This document shows, one piece after another, positions 54,466 through 64,000 of a stretch of DNA of 64,000 nt. The stretch lies in the NCBI RefSeq assembly GCF_009914755.1, contig NC_060931.1. One strand, given 5' to 3'. The notes under the pieces are model-generated. The model did no database searches. It was not told the DNA's origin and was given only the letters and a program-made list of their open reading frames with translations. The stretch is from the human T2T-CHM13v2.0 reference genome, Homo sapiens. Made by a program: the position numbers and the translations under genes. Positions within the stretch are counted from its first letter, which is position 1; each line of letters begins with the position of its first letter.

Positions 54466-57400
54466 TCAAAAAACAAGCAAATAAACAAAAACTGTCTTTA
54501 CTTTCTGACATTTTTTCCTCTTTAAAATAAAGCAATGAGAGAACATGACTAATTCTGTGGTTGAATTTGTAAAATATGCAGTTCATCTGAAGGATGTTTC
54601 CCTAAATGTAAAGTTATATGGTTGGAATGCACTTATGCGAAAAATATATGCAATTCTAATGTTAAGAACATCATATTTCTTCATCATGAGCAGGAGGCTT
54701 TGGTGAAGCTTTCTGCCCTGCTGTTTAGGAACATGCTCGCACTTCTGGCTTAATTTGATGCAGAGTCATTGTGAGACAGTTTGGTAAGAAAATGCAACAC
54801 CAATTAGCCCTTTCTCACATTTCAAGGTCTGAAATAAAGTTAATTAGATTTGCTCACAAATCTAAGAGTCCACAACAGTGTTTCCCAAAGGCCATTTGAT
54901 AGAACACTGGTTTTAAGAGAAATAAGTGTCAAGAGTTCTATGATATAAATTGAGGAAGTATAGAGTTATGCAAGATTAAGTGATTTTTTTTTCCCTTGCA
55001 GAAAAATCTCAGAGGCTTTACTCTGCTATTATGCGTTGACTATCTCCTACAGGGCACTATGGTATGCAGAGTATCTGTACTTACTTGACCACCAGTGCCT
55101 TCTATTAGAGACCACCTTGCATCTCTCATGGTCTGTGGAATGTATTTTCAGAAAAACATGTTGTCTACTGAGATGGAAGGGATTGCTGCAAATACTGTGG
55201 TTATGACCTCACCCTTAAGGAAAAATAGATTTAGCTTCTATAAATGGGGAGGAAACACATACCCTCTTCGTTACCGTTTGCCACAAATTCTGACTTTTCA
55301 GAGAGCTACAGTGGCTGAAATCCTACGGGATGGCTGAACATAATTTACTGTGCATCATGTCTGTCTCTGAGTCAGGATACTTTATTCCAAGGAAGTATGT
55401 GGTGGGGATGTGCTCACAGGCTCTTGCTGTCTTTTGCTGGAACATTTTACTGGAGAGGTGACAAGAGAAGCATGAATGCCATGTAGGTACTTTGTGTATA
55501 GATGTGAGTGTATTCAGTGGGCCAGAAACAGAGGTGTGGGCTGATGGATGCCTGGACACGGCCCATGGTGTATGACAAAACCACATCTGAAATGCCTGAC
55601 CTAGATACACTGGCTGACCAAAAAAGCCCAGAAAATCCTAAGGTCAAACACTTGGAATAAAAATTTTTTGGCTGGGTGCGGCGGCTCACACTTGTAATCC
55701 CACCACTTTGGGAGGCCAAGGTGGGTGGATCACGAGGTCAGGAGTTCAAGACCAGCCTAGCCAAGATGGTGAAACCCCGTCTCTACTAAATATACAAAAA
55801 ATTAGCTGGGTGTGGTGGCTGGCACCTGTAATCTCAGCTACTCAGGGGGCTGAGGCCCAAGAATCGCTTGAACTGGGATGTGGGATGTGGAGGTTGCATT
55901 GAGCCGAGATTGCACCATTGCACTCCAGCCCTGGTGACACAGGAGTCTTGCTGCCTCAGCCTCCAGAGTAGCTGGGACTACAGGTGTACGCCACCACATC
56001 CAGCTAATTTTTGTATTTTTAGTAGACATGAGGTTTCACCATGTTGGCCAGGCTGGTCTTGAACTCCTAGCCTCAGGTGATCCTCCTAGCCTCAGCCTCC
56101 CAAAGTGCTGGGATCACAGGCATGAGCCACCGCACCCAGCCATAAAATTTTAAAACAAAAAGAAGGTAGCATTTCTCCCCTTTAATGTTCCCTCAACCTT
56201 ACTCTTGACTATGTCTGTAAAGGAGAAGCTTTCCTTAAAGTGATAAAGAGGAGGGGGAAAACCCCCACATACATTCATACTACAGAGTTTGTATGTATAT
56301 TTTCTCTTTTTCCTAAGATTTTAAAAAAATAGAATGCCTAGGGGAAAATATTTGAGCTAAGACTATTTTCGTCATACGCTTGACATTGGCATATGCAGTT
56401 ATAAGGCTCCTGGGAAGTCACCCAGCAAACTCTGGGGAACAATGTCAAAGCAGAGGAACCTGGCTGTTCCATTAAGTAGGGGCCATCCCCTACTGAGTTT
56501 TTTATACTTTGACATTTTAAACTCACACAATAAAGCCAAAACAAGCATTACAGAACAATGTAACATAAACATAGGATGTAAGTTTTGCCCTTAATCTTGA
56601 GTGCGCACATGTGTCCTTGTCAGTTTATGAGCTTGCCTTGGCCAGAAAAATACCAAATATAGGGATCCTCCTCCTTCAGCGAAGACATTTGTTTTAGGAA
56701 ACCTTGAATGTTTATTAATGCGAGCACCTTTTTATATTCAGATAATGTTTTGTAGTTGACAAAGTGCTTTCAACATGTCATCTCATTTCCTTCTGACCAC
56801 AATACCATGAGGCTTAAGGAAACCACTAATATACATTAGTATATTCATTATAGCAGTCTTAGAAAAGAATGGCTTTAAAGAGTACTTATTTGATAATATA
56901 ACACATATTTGTTGGCAGTCATAATATGAATGAGCCCTGTACCAAGCTCTTGGTACTTCATAGCATAGAAGTTACACACATTTACAAGACTGAAGGAGAA
57001 AAAAAAAAGATAAATATGTAAAATATATGTTTTACATAGTGATAATAGGGAAGCAATAAAAATTGTGTAATGGCTGGAGAAAGATGGTGATAAAGTGGGA
57101 GCAACCTTAGATGGGTGTGTCAGTGAAGACTTCTCTAAAGAGAGTGGAGACTGAGCATGGTGACTCACATTTGTAATCCCAGCACTTTGGGACACTGAGG
57201 CAAGAGGATCGGTTGAGCCCAGGAGTTCAAGACTAGCCTGAGCAACACAGAGAGACCCCACCTCTACAAAAGATTAAAACAATTAGCAAGGCATGGTGGC
57301 ACGTGCCAGTAGTCCCAGCTACTCAGGAGGCTGAGATGAGAGGATCACTTGAGCCCAGGAATTGGAGGATGTAGTGAGGTATGATCATGCCGTTGCACTC

Positions 57401-57499
57401 CAGCCTGGGTGACAGAGTAGGGCCCTGTCTCATAAATAAAAAATATAAAAATTTATAAGAGAGCTGAGACCAAAATAATGAGAGAAAACTAACCATCCT

Positions 57500-58190
57500 T
57501 TGGGTGGTAGCTGGAGGGAGATTTGTGTCAAGGGACATCTATTTGAACAAGGACATATTTACATGTCAATGGCTTGTACCCTTGTCCTGCAATGGTAGCA
57601 GTAGAGGTGGTGGGAAGAGGTCAGAACTGGAATATATTTTGAAGGTAGATGTGACAAGATTTACTGATGTGGGGTGTGAGAAATAAAGAAGCCAAAGATG
57701 ATGTCAAGGATTTTAGGCTAAGCATCAGACGATCGAGTTGCCACTTACTGAAATATGGAAAATTAGGAGTTTGACCTGAGATGTCCATGAGAGACTTAAG
57801 TGAAGATATTGCAAAGGTAGATATGTGCAGCTGAAATTCCAGGGAGAGGCCCAGGATGCAGATGGGCCTCTGCATACTGCATATAGATCAGTATGCAGAT
57901 TGTATGTAAGCCACATGGCTGGATAAATTCACCAAGGGAATGAATGAAGATCATTGGAGAAGGAGAGAGGCCCATTGAGCCCCGGGCCCTCCATGGTTTA
58001 GAGGTTTTCCTAAACCTTGGAATGGTGTTTCAAGGAGGAAAGAGGAATCGATTTTGTCAATGCTGCCCATCATCAAGTCAGAATAAGACTGAAAATTGGT
58101 CCATGCATTTAGCAACGTGGAGGTCAGTAATGATATTGACACAAATAGCATTTGTGGAAGAGTGGGAATGAAAATATGATGGAGCAGTGG
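57500..58190 (+). mobile_element. L2 fragments
   Basis: ggtagcagtagaggtggtgggaagaggtcagaactggaatatattttgaaggtag...gttgccacttactgaaatatgg. Confidence 0.6.
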
Positions 58191-58192
58191 GA

Positions 58193-58564
58193 TGTATTAG
58201 TCTGCTCTCACACTGCTGATAAAGACATACCTAAGACTGGGTAATTTATATATATATAAAAAAAGAAGTTTAATGGACTCACAGTTGCACGTGGCTGGAG
58301 AGACCTCACAATCATGGAGGAAGGTGAAAGGCACATCTTACATGGCAGCAGGCAAAGAAGGAATGAAAGAGCCAAGCAAAAGGGGAAATCCCTTATAAAA
58401 TCATCAGCTCTTGTGAGACTTGTTCACTACCATGAGAACAGTGTAAGAGAAACCACCCCCACAATTCAATTATCTCCCACTGGGTCCCTCCCACAAAACG
58501 TGGGAAATATGGGAGCTGCAATTGAAGATGAAATTTGGGTGGGAACACAGCCAAACCTTAACCA
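58193..58564 (-). mobile_element. THE1 solo LTR
   Basis: tgtattagtctgctctcacactgctgataaagacatacc...gaaatttgggtgggaacacagccaaacc. Confidence 0.85.
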
Positions 58565-59447
58565 TGGGGTTGAGATGAAAAAAAATCAGAGACTATAAGT
58601 AAAGACCCCTCTTTTCAGGAGTTTTGTTATAAAAAAGAAAAAACACTGGTATATTTATTTCTTCAATAACTGTTGGGTGAGGAATGAGTGGTGAAGTCAC
58701 CTTTTGGCCAGATTTCAGGCACCACAGAGAAGGCCCTGGGTGGACTGCTTTTATGACAAGACTGGTTGGCCTTAGAGGGAAGTTCCCTTAGAGGGAAGTC
58801 ACAGGGAGATGAGGTTACATTAGAAACCAAGAAATATACATAGAATTAAGGGAACAACAAGGTCTATTGTTGCACTGGGGAAGTAGCAGCAGTGGGAAGC
58901 CACCATCCCCGGCAGCCTGAGAGAGAAAGAGAGGAAGCCCAGTGAGAGTTGGAGACAGGAATCAGAAAAGAAAATCCTCTACAAATATACTGAAAGGCAT
59001 CTAATGAAGTAATTATTTATAGAGTAGTAAGGAGGGTTACAAGAACCAATAAGAGGTGCTAAGGCATCCTAGGGCTACCTTATTTATTGAGTTGGTGCCC
59101 AATAAACCATTAAGAGAATTTCTGGAACACTGTACTGAAACCTGTCATTTTGGATCAAGGTCCAAGCAGGGTCTCTCCTAGCCCCTTTATCCCAATTCTA
59201 ACCATAGCAGGTGTGTGAGAGTAAGGGATTGGAATGACCTCTGTTGAGGACTGGCTTGGAGCTTATAAAGGCCGTACGCTTGCACTAACTTTGAATCTGG
59301 CTTCATGGGAGAACAGAGGGAACAGAGAAATTGAACCCAAGAAAGAAGAGCCCAGAACCCAGAAAGGTTGATGATGGAGTTGACTGGAGAGGAAGAGGCA
59401 AGCCCAGACATCACTTTTATTGTCTGTTATTTTGCAAACGGCAATTT

Positions 59448-60311
<864 letters not shown>

Positions 60312-60738
60312 ATTTTGCCTTCTAAACATGACCCAATTAGAGTTCTGGAACTTTGCCTAGGGCTTAGAGTTAAATAGGATTTCACTATTCACTTAAATTT
60401 ACATAACATATTAGCATTTTAAAGAGACTTGAACTTAAGTGATTATATTTGATGACCCACATAACTCTGTACTAGTGAGAGAGGGATCTGTCATCCCATT
60501 TAACATATGAGGATTTATTCCTTTCCTCAATAGATTGCCATAGAGTACCTATTAAGAGCCTTGGCTGGGCGCTGTGGCTCAAGCCTGTAATCCCAGCACT
60601 TTGGGAGGCCAGGGTGGGCAGATCACCTGAAGTCAGGAGTTTGAGAACAACCTGGCCAACATGGTGAAACCCTGTCTCTACAAAAAATAAAAAAATTAGC
60701 CAGGGGTGAGGGCAGGTGCCTGTAATCTTAGCTACTTA

Positions 60739-60870
<132 letters not shown>

Positions 60871-60932
60871 TTAGGTGCTATTAATACAGTAAGAAACAAA
60901 TAAACAAAGCTCATTGCCCTTGATGGACTTTA

Positions 60933-62100
<1,168 letters not shown>

Positions 62101-62269
62101 GCTAGTCTGGCCAACATGGTGAAACCCTATCTCTATTAAAAATACAAAAGAGCCCAGGTGCAGTTGCTCTTGCCACGAATCCCAGCACTTTGGGAGACTG
62201 AGGCGGGCAGATCCCCTGAGGTCGGGAGTTCAAGACCATCCTGACCAACATGGAGAAACTCCGCCTCTA

Positions 62270-62495
<226 letters not shown>

Positions 62496-62570
62496 TTATG
62501 ATGCCTGTAATCCCAGCTACTCCGGAGGCTGAGGCAGGAGAATTGCTTGAATGCAGGAGACAGAGGTTCA

Positions 62571-63050
<480 letters not shown>

Positions 63051-63094
63051 TCAACAGTGTTTATCACTGCAAATATACTCTGACTTTCAACATA

Positions 63095-63182
63095 TTAGGT
63101 TGGTGCAAAAGTAATTTCAGCGTATTAGGTTGGTGCATTAAAAGCAATGGCAAAAACCGCAATTACTTTTGCACCAACCTAA
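63095..63182. mobile_element. MADE1 (Hsmar1 MITE) with an internal rearrangement
   Basis: TIRs ttaggttggtgcaaaagtaatt and aattacttttgcaccaacctaa, flanked by TA on both sides. Confidence 0.92.
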
Positions 63183-64000
63183 TAACTTCTCAATTTGCAC
63201 TCACTCAATTTAAATGAAAAGCCTTTTCCTTGGATCCTTGAAAACATTCTGTCCTAGAACATCATCAGGCTAAGGATCGGAAGGCACGTGTTTCTGCCCT
63301 AGCTCTGCCCCATGACTCTGGTCACAAGGCTTGCTTTTTCTGGGGCTCTGTTTCCTCGTAGACAATTACCAAGGTTCCTTCCAGCTCAAAGAAGCTTCTG
63401 AGTCTACAGACAAACAACTACTAGAATCTTCCATGTCAGTCAACAAATGTTAGCACCATCAGTCATGAAGCTGGGTGATTTGGGGACCTCAGCTTCTTCA
63501 TCCTTTTTTCCCTTTACAGGATTTATGTCAGGCTTTACCCACTGTCCATTTTCAAGGCAATGTCATTTTTTTAATAGGTTCCTACAGCAAAGCACAGTGT
63601 TTTTATTTTTGTTTTTCTAAAATTAAGTTGGGTCACAAAACTGTTAGAGGAAAAAAAAGTGGTTTCCTAGAGAAGGGAGAATGCTTTATGGGGGTTATAA
63701 AAAATCTTTGGCAGCTTGGCACGGTGGCTCAGTCTTTCCCAGCACTTTGGGAGGCCGAGGTGGGCAGATCACCTGAGGTCGGTGGTTCGAGACCAGCCTG
63801 ACCAACATGGAGAAACCCCGTCTCTACTAAAAATACAAAATTAGCGGCCGGGCACGGTGGCTCACGCCTGTAATCCCAGCACTTTGGGAGGCCAAGGCGG
63901 GCGAATAACGAGGTCGGGAGATCGAGACCATCCTGGCTAACATAGTGAAACCCCGCCTCTACTAAAAATACAAAAAATTAGCCGGGCATGGTGGCGGGCG

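Overview
Primate genomic DNA, almost certainly human because it carries an AluYa5 with all five diagnostic changes. No intact protein-coding gene is present. It looks like a segmental-duplication mosaic; chromosome 7 pericentromeric duplicons are my unverified inference. Main parts: (1) 31-~3060, a processed capicua (CIC-S) pseudogene whose 3' third is scrambled into eight sense and antisense blocks; (2) ~3385-7260, a degenerate GC-rich ~28-30 bp repeat array with a ~876 bp higher-order period that flips orientation at ~4550, giving ~1 kb inverted arms; (3) an Alu-dense spacer containing an AluJ > ERV1 LTR > LTR10-type nest with a triple half-site p53 element; (4) ~21450-22560, an intact CpG island holding a disabled copy of VKORC1L1 exon 1; (5) ~42 kb of intron-like or intergenic sequence rich in Alu, L1M, L2, MIR, MaLR, MER41 and DNA-transposon relics, with an unexplained ~120-nt hairpin and a rearranged MADE1. 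The most interesting hypothesis is a promoter that survived from a dead gene, with a nearby p53 LTR, transcribing fold-back sequences that include CIC-derived dsRNA. This is inference only. All gene and repeat-family identifications are from memory of the reference sequences, not from a search.
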